A stretch of 64,000 nucleotides of DNA from Trueperaceae bacterium (GTDB lineage: Bacteria > Deinococcota > Deinococci > Deinococcales > Trueperaceae), in the NCBI GenBank assembly GCA_965213925.1, contig OZ243927.1, positions 704,001-768,000 on the forward strand, given 5' to 3'. Shown here piece after piece: positions 1 to 10,306 of the stretch. Below the pieces are notes generated by a model. That model saw only the letters and a list, made by a program, of their open reading frames with translations, was not told the DNA's origin and made no database searches. Position numbers and translations under genes: made by a program. Positions within the stretch are counted from its first letter, which is position 1; each line of letters begins with the position of its first letter.

Positions 1-191
1 TTGATGACGCCGCCCTTGCCCGCCGCGTCGCGCCCCTCAAAGACCACCACGACTTTAAGTCTTTGCGCCCTAATCCACTCCTGCAACTTGACGAGTTCGA
101 TCTGTAAGCGCTCGAGTTCCTTCTCGTAGACCTTCTTGCTTGGTTTGGATTTAGCTGCGCCGCTGCTTTTAGACTTCTTGGACTTCGCCAC
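1..191 (-). CDS. ppk2: Polyphosphate kinase 2 (5' part; runs off the window edge)
   Basis: Manual translation from GTG at 191 (GAGGAGG upstream): ...[42 protein letters not shown], the PPK2 Walker A region. Not in the ORF track. Confidence 0.9.
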   Translation of the reverse strand, partial: MAKSKKSKSSGAAKSKPSKKVYEKELERLQIELVKLQEWIRAQRLKVVVVFEGRDAAGKGGVI

Positions 192-444
192 CTGTGCCTC
201 CTCAGAGCCGAGTTATTAGACGTGATTTGTTAAAGTCTAACATTTTGGTATTTCGGGAGGGATTCAGCGCAGAACCGGCTGCAGGTTTGGTCTGACGCTA
301 GACCTCTTCGTCTTTCGCACCACGACTTCTAAAAAGTTGGTCCTTAGCGGAGGCTCGAGCGTAGCGTTTAGGACTTTTTCGGCGTGGCAAAGGCACCTAA
401 ATGTGCTCCGTAAGTCGACCGTAAGTCCGACCAGTTCGAGTCAG

Positions 445-2004
445 CTAGACCGCCTCGGGACGGCGACTCGGCGTGACGTAGACCGTCTTTTGCTGCGTGA
501 AATTCACCGCGCCAGCGGGCGCGCCTTTGGGTTTCCAGACGTTCTTTTTGAGGGTATAGTCCACGGGCACGTTGTCGGACCCTCCCGCTTTGGAGTACGC
601 GGCGGCGAGCTGGGCGGCGTAGAGAATCGTCTCGAAGGGAACCTCTTTATTCTCCGCCTGGACGATGACGTGCGAGCCCGTGTAGCCCTGCACGTGCAGC
701 CATACGTCGCGGCTGCGCGCCAAGCGGAAGGTGATGGTATCGTTGTCGCGAGCGTTGCGCCCGACGAGGACGCTATAACCCTGCGGGCTCCTGTAGCGGA
801 TGCCGGGTTGCGCCCTCACTTGCTTCTTAGGTTTGACGACGTAGGTTTCGCTCAGTTCGTCTAAACGGGTAGGGGAGAGGGACCCTAGTTCTCCCAAGAG
901 CCCCTCCACTTTTTCTAGCTCCGTGAAGAGATCGTCCTCTCTCGTTTCGGCTTGCGCGCGGCGCTGTTCGCGCTTCTTAGCGCGCCCGTAGAGCGTTTGG
1001 GCGTTGCCGATGGCGTCTAGGCGGGGCTCGAGCGTCACGGTCAGCGGCTCGCCCGAGAAGCCCGTGAGCGTCACCTCGCCCACGTTCGGCGGAACCTGCT
1101 TTTGAAACGCCATGAGCACGTCCGCCTGGGCGCGCAGCGCGTTCGCTTCAGCGGCGGCGCTGCGCGCCTTTTCTATGTCGTCCAAGCGTTTCTCCAGAAG
1201 CTGCCGCTGCTTCTCTAGCGCGCCTCTGAGCCGCTGGAGCGTAAGTTCACGCGCCTCTGTCTCGCGCACCGTCTCGATGTCGGGGAGACTTACGACTTCG
1301 CGCATCACGCGGCTCGGTTCTCGGGCGAGGCGGCGCAGGGCGGCGAGGAGCGTATCCACGTCCGCGCCCTCCACCTTGTGATCTTTCGCGAAACCCGTTT
1401 GCAGGCTGAGCGCCCGCGTCAAATTCGGTCCGACGCCGTCCACGACCTTGCGGACACTGTTCAATGTGCGACCTTCCAGCGCGTCTTGGAGCGCTTTACT
1501 AGGCGCGGTTCGCGGGTCTAACTTCTCATATGGGGGCGGCGGCTGATAGCGCAGCCCCGCCCGGAGTTGGCGAAAGCGGTTGATCTCAGAGGTGACCTCT
1601 CTGGCGACGCCCAAAATCAGCCCGTCCGTGTCGGTCAAGATGAGGTTGCAGTTGCGCCCGGTCAGCTCGGCGATGAGCACCACGGGCGGCGTGCTGACAA
1701 AGCCCTCGGCGGCGGCGAAGTGGAGCGATAAGGCGCGGTCGAGTTTGGGCTGAGTCACCTCGACAAGGTCGCCCGAAGCCCTCGCCACCAATAAATCTTG
1801 GAAGCCTGTGTGAGCGCCCGTTGCAGGGGGTAACTCGCTCCTAAACGCCGCTCGCGGGTTCGGCGGTTTGTTGTAGAGCCAGAGTGCGTCCTTTGAAAGA
1901 GGTAAAACGAACGTGTAAGGGTCGGGGAAACGCCAAGCGTAGTGTGGGGCGGGAAGCTGGGCCCTGAGCGTCCTAAGCTGCTCGGCAATGAGAAGACCTT
2001 CCAT
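445..2004 (-). CDS. rqcH: Rqc2/RqcH (FbpA/NFACT) ribosome quality control protein
   Basis: 519 aa; ELTGRNCNLIL, YQPPP and C-terminal VGRNARDND...WLHVQGYTGSHV...VDYT (NFACT-R) motifs; TAGACT 6 nt before ATG. Confidence 0.88.
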   Translation of the reverse strand: MEGLLIAEQLRTLRAQLPAPHYAWRFPDPYTFVLPLSKDALWLYNKPPNPRAAFRSELPPATGAHTGFQDLLVARASGDLVEVTQPKLDRALSLHFAAAEGFVSTPPVVLIAELTGRNCNLILTDTDGLILGVAREVTSEINRFRQLRAGLRYQPPPPYEKLDPRTAPSKALQDALEGRTLNSVRKVVDGVGPNLTRALSLQTGFAKDHKVEGADVDTLLAALRRLAREPSRVMREVVSLPDIETVRETEARELTLQRLRGALEKQRQLLEKRLDDIEKARSAAAEANALRAQADVLMAFQKQVPPNVGEVTLTGFSGEPLTVTLEPRLDAIGNAQTLYGRAKKREQRRAQAETREDDLFTELEKVEGLLGELGSLSPTRLDELSETYVVKPKKQVRAQPGIRYRSPQGYSVLVGRNARDNDTITFRLARSRDVWLHVQGYTGSHVIVQAENKEVPFETILYAAQLAAAYSKAGGSDNVPVDYTLKKNVWKPKGAPAGAVNFTQQKTVYVTPSRRPEAV

Positions 2005-2126
2005 GCCTCTAGTCTAAGCTGTAAACACACCGTTCTAAGCGGGGCAGGCGCACAACGCAAAAGGTTCTCAGGTGACCTGCTACGAACTACAAAGAAGCAG
2101 AACGCTTTACGTCGCAGGGAGGAAAC

Positions 2127-3539
2127 TCAGTTGAGCATCCGCTGATGCCCGCTCAAAAGCGTTTTTGCGTGCGCGATGTAGCCCTGTAGCAGCAGCGTCC
2201 ACTCGTTAAAGGGGGGCAGGTGGCGCAGCGCAGCTTCGGCGTGGTGGATGATTCTGTCGGGGTGCTTGTAGCCTTGCTGCACAAAGCTGTCCACGAGCAT
2301 CTCTTTGGCGAACACCCACTCGTAGTGACCCTCTACGCTCGCGCTCGCCGCCTTCTCGAACCAGACGATCGCCTCGTCGAAGCGGTAGTACTCATGGGCG
2401 ACGCTGCCGAGCGTCAAGCAGGCGGGCGCGGTTGCGCCTAGATCGAGGGCGCGGTGCGCGAGGTCGCTCGCGGCGCGCAAATCGCCGAGCTTGAGTTCGA
2501 CGTCGGCTAAGTCGGCGTAGACCTCGGCGTGGTAGTCGTAGTGCTCGTCGCTCGAGGCTTGCGCGAGCAAATCTTTAGCGCGCTCCAAGTCGTCTGCCTC
2601 CAACATCACCAGCGCGTATTCGTGGAGCGCCAGGGCGCGTTGCCGCTTGGAGGCGAGCGTGACCGCTTCGCGGTAGCACGCCTCAGCGCGGCGCGTCTTG
2701 CCGAGCAGGCTGTAGGTCTGACCGAGCGCGAGCTGTAAGCTGAACGAAGGGTCGCTGACGGCGCTCTCTAAAACGCTCGCCTCTAAAAAGAGGTTCAGGG
2801 CGGTGTTCGGGTTGCCGAGGGAGAGGTGGGCGCGTCCGGTCAGGTAGCGCTGCACCGCTCCGTCGGACGCGTTTTCGGGGGGCGCGGCGCGTTGCGCGCG
2901 CTCCAAGGCCTCTAGCGCTCCGATAGGTTGATGCGCCTCTAGGCGGTTCGCCGCTAGATTAAGCAGTTCACCAAACTTGTCCGCGCCCTGGCTCAGCGCG
3001 GCGGACCTCTCGAAAGCGTCCGCCGCTTCCTCATAGCGCCCCCCCGCCTCGTAGCTTCGTCCCAACAGGGACCAGTAGCGCCACTTGAGGTAGTCGGGCA
3101 GCGTACGGGCGTCAATCCCTAAAAGGACCTGCGCGGCGCGCCTAAAGGCGTGAATCGCGGCGAGGGCGCTCGCGGCGTGATAGGACGCGACGCCCTCGCC
3201 CGCGGCGGCCGCGGCGGCTGCGCCCCGCTTCACGTCGCCCGCCGCTTCGCCCCGGTACGCGGCGAACTCCCAGTAGAGCGCCCGGTAGAGCGGGGTGTGA
3301 GTGGCGGCTGCGTCCGCTTCGGCTGCGTCTGCGAGGTGCTCGAGCCCGCCCTCTAAACCGTCCTCCCCGTAAAGCGCATACGTCGCCGCGATATGAAGTT
3401 TGAGCTGCGCCTGAGCGCTGCGCTGCCGCTGCCGCTTCGCCGCGCCCTCCAAGAGCGCTAACGCCGCCTCATAGCGCCCTTCAGCCAGCGCCCGGTGAGC
3501 AGGCTCGATTTCAGCGGAGGGGGAGCGGCGGAAGAACAT
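2127..3539 (-). CDS. Tetratricopeptide repeat protein
   Basis: Repeated TPR-like helices (LGRSYEAGGRYEEAADAFERS, LGQTYSLLGKTRRAEACYREA); start moved to ATG 3539, 5 nt after TAGGCT. Confidence 0.8.
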   Translation of the reverse strand: MFFRRSPSAEIEPAHRALAEGRYEAALALLEGAAKRQRQRSAQAQLKLHIAATYALYGEDGLEGGLEHLADAAEADAAATHTPLYRALYWEFAAYRGEAAGDVKRGAAAAAAAGEGVASYHAASALAAIHAFRRAAQVLLGIDARTLPDYLKWRYWSLLGRSYEAGGRYEEAADAFERSAALSQGADKFGELLNLAANRLEAHQPIGALEALERAQRAAPPENASDGAVQRYLTGRAHLSLGNPNTALNLFLEASVLESAVSDPSFSLQLALGQTYSLLGKTRRAEACYREAVTLASKRQRALALHEYALVMLEADDLERAKDLLAQASSDEHYDYHAEVYADLADVELKLGDLRAASDLAHRALDLGATAPACLTLGSVAHEYYRFDEAIVWFEKAASASVEGHYEWVFAKEMLVDSFVQQGYKHPDRIIHHAEAALRHLPPFNEWTLLLQGYIAHAKTLLSGHQRMLN

Positions 3540-3641
3540 AATCAAGCCTAGCACGCCTTCTTCATGAGGCTGCAAGGAGTTTCATTTGTGAAGACAAATG
3601 CGAAGGCGAGTGAGGTGTTTCACAGAGGAGAAAGTGGCCAC

Positions 3642-3675
3642 GAGCAATGAGTCTAAAGGTTTTCACTCATTGCTC
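3642..3675. repeat. AGCAATG-type heptamer hairpin (empty form)
   Basis: GAGCAATGAGT...ACTCATTGCTC inverted repeat; same family as 13688, 22596, 32803, 44922, 45737. Confidence 0.8.
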
Positions 3676-3677
3676 TC

Positions 3678-4463
3678 TTACAACCAAGCCACCGTCCGCG
3701 GACCCTCCCCTTCAGGATAGCTAGGCTGGGCGCGGTGAAAGGATTCAACTAGGAGGCGGCGCGGGAAGGAGCGCATAAAGGTCAGGACGCTCCGCGCCTG
3801 CGTCTCGTGCTGCCCCATCGCCCGCAGTTTGTTCTCTACAAAGGGGCTCGCGTCGAAGAAGTGTGTAGGCGGTAAGTGCGAGGCGCGAATCTCTTTCGGG
3901 CTCAAAAAACCCTCTCGCGGCGCGGCGCTGTAAGGTTTTTCTGCGGCGAAGTAGTAGAGAGACTCGACTTTATGCTCGGCGCTCTCCAAAGCGCTCAGCA
4001 CAAAGCGGTTCGTGACCACATGGTCAGGATGACCGTTCGCGCCATTTGGCGGAAAGGTGATGAGCGCCCTCGGCTTATGGGTTTCCAAAAGTGAAACAAG
4101 GCGCGGGACGACCTCTTCCTCGCTTTCGCCGGCGAGCCCTCTGTTCGTCGCCATGCCTCTATCCGCCGCCGGGACGAAGTCGGGATAGTCGAAGATATGC
4201 ACGTCGCTCACGCCCAAAATATCCAACGACGCGCGAAGCTCTGCCTCGCGCACATTCGGTAGTTCGGCTTGCGGGCACATCCCTAGCGTGCGTCCCGCGC
4301 CGCCCCTTGTAAGCGTTACCGTGGCAACACGCCCGCCCGCGTCCGCCATCTTGGTGAAAATTCCGCCGCAGCTAAAAACCTCGTCGTCGGGATGAGGGAC
4401 GATGAGCATGAGGTCGACGTGTTCGGAGGAGGCGTGAGGTGGCGCGGCGTTTGAAAGAGACAT
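3678..4463 (-). CDS. PIG-L/LmbE family deacetylase
   Basis: PHPDDE, REAEL, GHPDH and HETQ motifs. Confidence 0.9.
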   Translation of the reverse strand: MSLSNAAPPHASSEHVDLMLIVPHPDDEVFSCGGIFTKMADAGGRVATVTLTRGGAGRTLGMCPQAELPNVREAELRASLDILGVSDVHIFDYPDFVPAADRGMATNRGLAGESEEEVVPRLVSLLETHKPRALITFPPNGANGHPDHVVTNRFVLSALESAEHKVESLYYFAAEKPYSAAPREGFLSPKEIRASHLPPTHFFDASPFVENKLRAMGQHETQARSVLTFMRSFPRRLLVESFHRAQPSYPEGEGPRTVAWL

Positions 4464-4591
4464 CTTTAAGGTTTAACACAGGTCGTTTTGGAGAAAGGTT
4501 GCGGACGTGAGGAGATAGCGTGATGGAAAAGAAGGGGAGAATATCCCTCGCTTTTCCTCCGCAGCCTCTTAATTGTCTCACCACAGGGAGA

Positions 4592-4842
4592 GTATAAACC
4601 CCCGACTTTCAGTCCAGTCGAGCTGGATGAACGATCGGCGGCTTGGAGCATAAGCTACACCGCCCTGCCTGCTTTCTCAGCCGAGGACTGACCAGCCGCG
4701 CTCCGGGGTCGGGCAGGCGAGTTCAACCAGGTGGGCGGAAGGTGTGAACACGCTTCGGGAAACCTCATGGCTTGATAGTCGAGTGCAGACAGGACGCTTC
4801 AGCGTCCCCTTCATTCCACCTGCTTTAGCTGGTAGTCAGTTG
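4592..4842. mobile_element. ORF-less IS200/IS605-like element (non-autonomous), highly structured
   Basis: Left hairpin AAACCCCCGACT-TTC-AGTCGGCGG once the 21-nt insert is removed; right hairpin CCACCTGC-TTTA-GCTGGTAG followed by CAGTTGA; several internal stems. Confidence 0.5.
4614..4634 (+). mobile_element. 21-nt micro-element copy A
   Basis: CCAGTCGAGCTGGATGAACGA flanked by T(4613)/T(4635); interrupts the CCGACT/AGTCGG stem. Confidence 0.75.
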
Positions 4843-4876
4843 AAATGACGGTAACGACAACGAAAGAACTTACCTA

Positions 4877-5293
4877 TTACCGCCGAGCCAGCGGATGGCC
4901 AGGCGCGAACTCGAGCAAATCCCACAGGTTTCCGTACAAATCCTTGAATACAGCCACCGTGCCATATTCGGCCTCTTTGGGTTCTCTTACGAATTCAACA
5001 CCTCTTGAGACCATCTCGTTAAAGTCGCGCCAAAAGTTATCGGTGCTGAGAAAGAGAAAGACCCTGCCGCCGGACTGGTTGCCGATGAAGGGTTCTTGCT
5101 CGGGCTTGGAAGCCCTGGCTAAAAGTAAGTTTGTCCCAGTGGAGCCTGGAGGCGTTACCACTACCCAGCGCTTATCTTGCTCGCTCTGGTAGGAGTCCTC
5201 GAGCAGTGTAAAGTGGAGCGTCTCGGTGTAGAACGCGATGGCTTCGTCGTAGTCTCTGACGACGAGTGCGACATGAGCGATAGACTGCTTCAT
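4877..5293 (-). CDS. VOC/glyoxalase family protein
   Basis: HVALVVRDYDEAIAFY...FKDLYGNLWDL. Confidence 0.92.
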   Translation of the reverse strand: MKQSIAHVALVVRDYDEAIAFYTETLHFTLLEDSYQSEQDKRWVVVTPPGSTGTNLLLARASKPEQEPFIGNQSGGRVFLFLSTDNFWRDFNEMVSRGVEFVREPKEAEYGTVAVFKDLYGNLWDLLEFAPGHPLARR

Positions 5294-5344
5294 GCGCCTC
5301 AGCGTAAAGCTGAAGAGGTCGCGCTTTCAACTCCCTGCGGTATT

Positions 5345-5641
5345 TTATAGAGAGCTATAGGCGGGGACGTATTCCCACAGCACGGGCGTCGGCGCGAAAA
5401 AAGGGTCGAAGACGAGGTGGAGTTCGTCCAGTGCGGCGCTGGTCAGCTCCGGGCTGAAAACTGCCCAGCCGAGCCCTTCACGCGCTCCTTCGTTGCCTTT
5501 CTCGAAACCGTAGTCGAGCAAGTCGCCGTGGCGAGCGTGCCAGACGGCTAAGGCTTTGAGTAAAAAGAGGTGTGCACCCTCTTTGATGTCGACGGCGACG
5601 AGGATGTGCTCGTCTAAGTAGCTGGGCGGTGAAACGTTCAT
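5345..5641 (-). CDS. Hypothetical protein
   Basis: ORF with host-like codon use from ATG 5641; no recognised motif. Confidence 0.5.
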   Translation of the reverse strand: MNVSPPSYLDEHILVAVDIKEGAHLFLLKALAVWHARHGDLLDYGFEKGNEGAREGLGWAVFSPELTSAALDELHLVFDPFFAPTPVLWEYVPAYSSL

Positions 5642-5817
5642 GGTCCGAGTGTAGAGGACGGTATCTGACAGAAGTCTGACAAAATTCTCAAGGGGGCTTA
5701 ACTTGAGAGAATCGTCACAGGCATCTGACTCAATGTTTTTGGTAGGTTCGGTGCTATACTGCTTGTTTAGACGTGCGGGTGGCACGTAAAATCTCTACAC
5801 CCAGCTAGGTGCACATC

Positions 5818-6993
5818 ATGACCCAGGTACGTAACTTTTTCTCTTGGCTCTTCACCGAGCTGCGCGACTCTTTGGTGGAGACCTTCGGGCTCTTTGACCC
5901 GGAGACTACAACAAGAGGTGTGCTCGCCGACGCGCTCAACCAACTGCTCGTTTCCACGCTCCTCGTTCTACTTTTCGTAGGCGTCTATATCGCACTCCGT
6001 TCAGGGCTGCGCTTCGTCTTAAAACGTACCAACCTGAGCAGCAGCATCACGGGACCGGTCACGGTGGCGCTACGCTACATGATGATCGTGCTCGGAGGCT
6101 TAGCGGTGATGTCGCAACTCGGCGTGCCCAACCAGTTTTCCGCGAACGCGGCGCGCGCCGCTGTAGTTGCGTTCCTCTTCTATTTAGGCTGGATCATCTC
6201 GCAAAAACTGCTTAGCAACGTGACGGGGCGCTACAGCCTCGATCAGTCTATCTTGCAGCTTCTACGCAACGTCGTCTCGGTGGTACTCGTCGCGTTCGGC
6301 GTCGCCGCAGTCCTTTCGCAGTTCGGGGTAGACATCGTGGCGGCGGTAGGGGCTCTAGGCATCGCGGGCATCGCGGTGGGCTTCGCGGCGCAAGACACGC
6401 TGTCGAACTTTATCTCGGGCGTGACCCTTCTTGTCGAGCGACCCTTTCGCATCGGTGATTGGGTCGAAATCAATGGGCAGGTCGGCAAGGTCAAAGAGAT
6501 CACGCTGCGCAACACGCTCCTCGTAACCCGCGACAACATCGTGACGCATATCCCCAACGCGAGCGTCGGCTCCTCGGATATCATCAACTTCAGCGCAGGG
6601 GGACCGCTCCGTATCAACGTGCCGATTGGCATCGCCTACAAAGAATCTGCAAAACACGCCCGCAAGGTCATCATGCCGATTCTTCAAGCGGACGAGCGCG
6701 TAATGCGTCTGCCCGCGCCGAGCGTCCGGCTGGTCGAACTCGGCGACTCGTCCGTAAACCTTATGATGGTCTACTGGATCGAGCCGAGCAACATCGCCAT
6801 CGAGCCGAAGATCAGCGCAGACATTTTAGAGGCGAGTAAAGAGGCGCTAGACGAAGCGGGCATCGAGATTCCCTTCCCGCATCTGCAGCTCTTCATCGAT
6901 GGAGCCAGCGGGCTCAAGCCCGTAATGGAGCCGCTTTACTCGGTGGAGCAGCCGCGGCAGGTTGCAAATTCAGCGAGTCAGCTCAGCAAGTAA
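5818..6993 (+). CDS. mscS: Small-conductance mechanosensitive channel (MscS family)
   Basis: GIAVGFAAQDTLSNFISG, RPFRIGDWV, GIEIPFP; extra N-terminal TM segments. Confidence 0.9.
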   Translation: MTQVRNFFSWLFTELRDSLVETFGLFDPETTTRGVLADALNQLLVSTLLVLLFVGVYIALRSGLRFVLKRTNLSSSITGPVTVALRYMMIVLGGLAVMSQLGVPNQFSANAARAAVVAFLFYLGWIISQKLLSNVTGRYSLDQSILQLLRNVVSVVLVAFGVAAVLSQFGVDIVAAVGALGIAGIAVGFAAQDTLSNFISGVTLLVERPFRIGDWVEINGQVGKVKEITLRNTLLVTRDNIVTHIPNASVGSSDIINFSAGGPLRINVPIGIAYKESAKHARKVIMPILQADERVMRLPAPSVRLVELGDSSVNLMMVYWIEPSNIAIEPKISADILEASKEALDEAGIEIPFPHLQLFIDGASGLKPVMEPLYSVEQPRQVANSASQLSK

Positions 6994-7012
6994 CTTGCTA
7001 TTCCTCTACATA

Positions 7013-8371
7013 TCAGAAGAAAAGGCTCAGCACAAACACCGTTGTCATCCCCGTCACCCCCGCTATCGCCGAGCCCACCGTCTGCAAGCGGTACGCCTGC
7101 GACACGTCCATCCCTGAAAATTGACTCACCACCCAGAAGAAGCTGTCGTTCGCGTGCGAGACCGTCATCGCGCCCGCGCCGATGGCTAGCGTGGTTAGCG
7201 CCAAGCCGACGCCAGACCCTAACCCAATCGTGCCCACAAGCGGCGCGACGATGGCGGCGGTGGTCACGATGGCAACCGTCGAGGAGCCTTGGGCCGTTTT
7301 GAGGGCTGCGGCGAGCAAAAAGGGCAGAAAGATACCGAGGCTGGCGAGAGCTAAGTTTTGCTCCAAAAAGTCCGTGATCGGCGTACTTCTAAGCACGCTC
7401 CCTAACGCCCCGCCTGCCCCAGTAATCAGGATAATCGGTCCGGCGATGCGCAGCGACCTCATGACCGCGTCTTGCGTCAACTCTTCTCCGCGCACCTGCG
7501 CCGTGACGAAAAACGCGACGAACACGCCGATGAGAAGCGCCGTATTGGGGTCGCCTAAGAACCTGAGCAGCGCGGCGAACGCGCCGTCGCCGAAGGGTGC
7601 AGCGGGCAGCGACGCGACCGAATTAAGCGCGATGAGAACGATCGGCAAGAGAATCGGCAGGAAGGCGCGCCACGCTGCGGGCGGATTTTCCGAGCGCGAT
7701 TTGGCAGTCTTCTCAGCTTGCGCTTCCCCTTCAGGTGTCGCGGTATCCGGGTCGATAAAGATGCGTTCGCCCATCCAGCGGGCAAAGAGGTAGGTCGTGA
7801 GCAAAACAGGTACAGTCGTGACGAGACCTAGGATAATGACGAGCCCAACGTCCGCGTTGAGCGTGCCCGCCGCCGCAATCGGACCCGGCGTCGGCGGCAC
7901 AAAGACGTGCGTGGTGTAGAGCCCCATACTAAGCGCTACGGCGTACACCGCCATCGAACGCTCCGCTTTGCTCGCGAGTGAGCGGGCGAGCGGCGCGAGG
8001 ATGACGAAGCCGGAGTCGCAGAACACAGGAATCGAAACGACCGAGCCCGTGATGCTCATCGCTAGCACCGAGCGAGCTTGACCGACCCAGCCGATGATCG
8101 TATCCGCCATGACCTGTGCGCCGCCGCTACGCTCCAGCACCACCCCGATGATCGTCCCTGCCGCGATGATAATGCCAATGGAGCCAATCGTCCCGCCGAA
8201 CCCATCCGTAATCGCGGTGAGAACCTCGCCGGGCGGAAGGCCTGCGAGTAGCCCCAAGCCGTACGCCGTCACAAGGAGAACGAGAAAGGGGTGGAGCCTG
8301 AACTGGGCTGTCGCAAAGACGATAAAGACGATCGCGGCGATGAGGAGTACAATCAGGAACCAACCGGACAT
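7013..8371 (-). CDS. GntP family permease
   Basis: LHPFL, IPVFCDSGFVIL, VPPTPGP, KTAQGSSTVA, SHANDSFFWVV; AAGGAGG before ATG 8371. Confidence 0.9.
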   Translation of the reverse strand: MSGWFLIVLLIAAIVFIVFATAQFRLHPFLVLLVTAYGLGLLAGLPPGEVLTAITDGFGGTIGSIGIIIAAGTIIGVVLERSGGAQVMADTIIGWVGQARSVLAMSITGSVVSIPVFCDSGFVILAPLARSLASKAERSMAVYAVALSMGLYTTHVFVPPTPGPIAAAGTLNADVGLVIILGLVTTVPVLLTTYLFARWMGERIFIDPDTATPEGEAQAEKTAKSRSENPPAAWRAFLPILLPIVLIALNSVASLPAAPFGDGAFAALLRFLGDPNTALLIGVFVAFFVTAQVRGEELTQDAVMRSLRIAGPIILITGAGGALGSVLRSTPITDFLEQNLALASLGIFLPFLLAAALKTAQGSSTVAIVTTAAIVAPLVGTIGLGSGVGLALTTLAIGAGAMTVSHANDSFFWVVSQFSGMDVSQAYRLQTVGSAIAGVTGMTTVFVLSLFF

Positions 8372-8540
8372 AAGCGCCTCCTTTTGGTCATGCACCTTTT
8401 ATCCACGTAACTTTTCATCCACGCAATTCTGTAGAGACGCTCATCATTAAGCAACGCCGCCACACGAATAGTAGCGCCATTTACAGAGATAGCCCTTTAC
8501 GGATATGTCGGTGAGCGTGACTTGTTTTACTACCTTATCC

Positions 8541-8990
8541 TTACTCGAGCTTCTCAAACTCTTCATCAAGCTCCGCATAGATAGTTTCAGCGAGGCGCTG
8601 CGCTTGCGGTGTTCCTTGAATAGAAACCCTCGTCCGCCTTTCCCCCGCTTCGCTCAGCCGGACGTCAATTTCATGCACGTCCGGCTCCGCATTGGAACCC
8701 AAAAACCCCGACGCGCTCGATTCGGCTTGCGCGGAGACGCTCTGCGGGGGGCTGCTCGAGGTAATCACCCAAGGTCCAGAGGGTGCACGTTCGTAACCGT
8801 CTAACCCACCAGGATTGTAAGTAGGCACGCCGGGCGAGGCGGAGATTGTTCGTAAGACGGTCTCGTAGACTTCCTCTTGTGCCCCTCGGTAAGTCACAGG
8901 CACAGGCACGACAGGTAGTTGTTCGGTTGCAGGGACGCAGCTTGTGAGGATGAGTAAACCGAAAATAACGGAGAGGTTAAGGCGCTTCAT
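8541..8990 (-). CDS. Putative lipoprotein
   Basis: Signal peptide with lipobox LTSC. Confidence 0.7.
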   Translation of the reverse strand: MKRLNLSVIFGLLILTSCVPATEQLPVVPVPVTYRGAQEEVYETVLRTISASPGVPTYNPGGLDGYERAPSGPWVITSSSPPQSVSAQAESSASGFLGSNAEPDVHEIDVRLSEAGERRTRVSIQGTPQAQRLAETIYAELDEEFEKLE

Positions 8991-9015
8991 GGTGTTTAGA
9001 GTTTAACAGAGCTTG

Positions 9016-9082
9016 TCAGCTAGTCAGCATTTCAGCCAGTCAAGTTTTCCTGATTAGCTGAAACGCTGACTAGCTGAAATGC
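9016..9082. repeat. TCAGC-unit short tandem repeat hairpin
   Basis: TCAGCTAGTCAGCATTTCAGC...GCTGAAACGCTGACTAGCTGA inverted arrangement. Confidence 0.75.
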
Positions 9083-9193
9083 TCCTCTACCTTAACCGCG
9101 GAACCTTTTGCGCCACTCTCAGACTGTGACGCCTTACCCCTTTGTCCCCTCTCCTCTACTTCTTCACGAAGCTTGGCGTTAGACTGTAGCATT

Positions 9194-10306
9194 ATGATCG
9201 AGAAGCTAGAAAACCTTAGAGGTGAGTTTGCGGCGCTCGAGCAGTCACTAGGCGATCCCGACTTGCTCAGCGACCAGACGCGCTACCGTGAGGCGATGCA
9301 GCGCTACAGCGAGTTGCAGAGCATCGTCAAAGTGTATACCGAATATAGAGATGTGCTCTCAGGGATAGAAAACGCGAGAGAAGCCTTGTCTGACCCTGAA
9401 TTAGAGGAGATGGCGCGGGAGGAGTTGGAGAGCTTAGAGGCGCAGAAAGTGGTGCTCGAGGATCGGCTCGAGACCCTCCTCTTACCCAAAGACCCCTTCG
9501 ACGACAAAAATGTCATCATCGAAATACGCGCCGCTGCGGGCGGCGACGAAGCGTCCCTCTTCGCCGCTGAAGTCTTGGGCATGTACCAGCGCTACGCCGA
9601 GGCGCTAGGGTTCAAAACGGAAGTCATCGACTCGTACGCCAACAGCGTCGGCGGGCTCAGCAAGGTCAACTTTGAGATCACGGGGCGCGGCGCGTACAGC
9701 AAGTTCAAGTTCGAATCGGGCGTGCATAGGGTCCAGCGCGTGCCCGAAACCGAGACGCAAGGGCGCATTCATACGAGTACGGTCACCGTTGCAGTCTTGC
9801 CCGAAGCCGAAGACGTGGACGTGAACCTCTCGCCGAGCGACTACCGCGTGGATGTCTACCGCTCGTCGGGACCGGGCGGGCAGTCGGTCAACACGACGGA
9901 TTCAGCGGTGCGCATCACCTATAAGCCCGGCACCTCCGATGAAATCGTCGTGACCTGTCAAGACGGTAAGAGTCAGATAAAAAACAAGGAGAAAGCGCTG
10001 ACCGTTCTCCGGGCGCGGCTTTTGGAGCGCGAGCGCGAGCGGGCGGCGTCGGAGGCGAGGGAGGCGCGGCTCGTGCAGATCGGCACGGGCGAGCGCAGCG
10101 AGAAGATTCGCACGTACAACTTCCCGCAGTCTCGCGTGACAGACCACCGCATCGGCTACACCACGCATAATCTTAATGACATCATGACGGGCAAGGTGAA
10201 CGAACTCACCGAAGTCTTGAGCGAGGCGGAGCAGGCGCAGCGTTTAGATGAGATGGGCAGTAATCAAGGTAGTGAGACCAGCCATGTGAGCCGTGGCGCG
10301 GCGTGA
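9194..10306 (+). CDS. prfA: Peptide chain release factor 1
   Basis: GVHRVQRVPETE (PxT motif) and GGQ (SSGPGGQSVNTTDSAVR). Confidence 0.97.
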   Translation: MIEKLENLRGEFAALEQSLGDPDLLSDQTRYREAMQRYSELQSIVKVYTEYRDVLSGIENAREALSDPELEEMAREELESLEAQKVVLEDRLETLLLPKDPFDDKNVIIEIRAAAGGDEASLFAAEVLGMYQRYAEALGFKTEVIDSYANSVGGLSKVNFEITGRGAYSKFKFESGVHRVQRVPETETQGRIHTSTVTVAVLPEAEDVDVNLSPSDYRVDVYRSSGPGGQSVNTTDSAVRITYKPGTSDEIVVTCQDGKSQIKNKEKALTVLRARLLERERERAASEAREARLVQIGTGERSEKIRTYNFPQSRVTDHRIGYTTHNLNDIMTGKVNELTEVLSEAEQAQRLDEMGSNQGSETSHVSRGAA

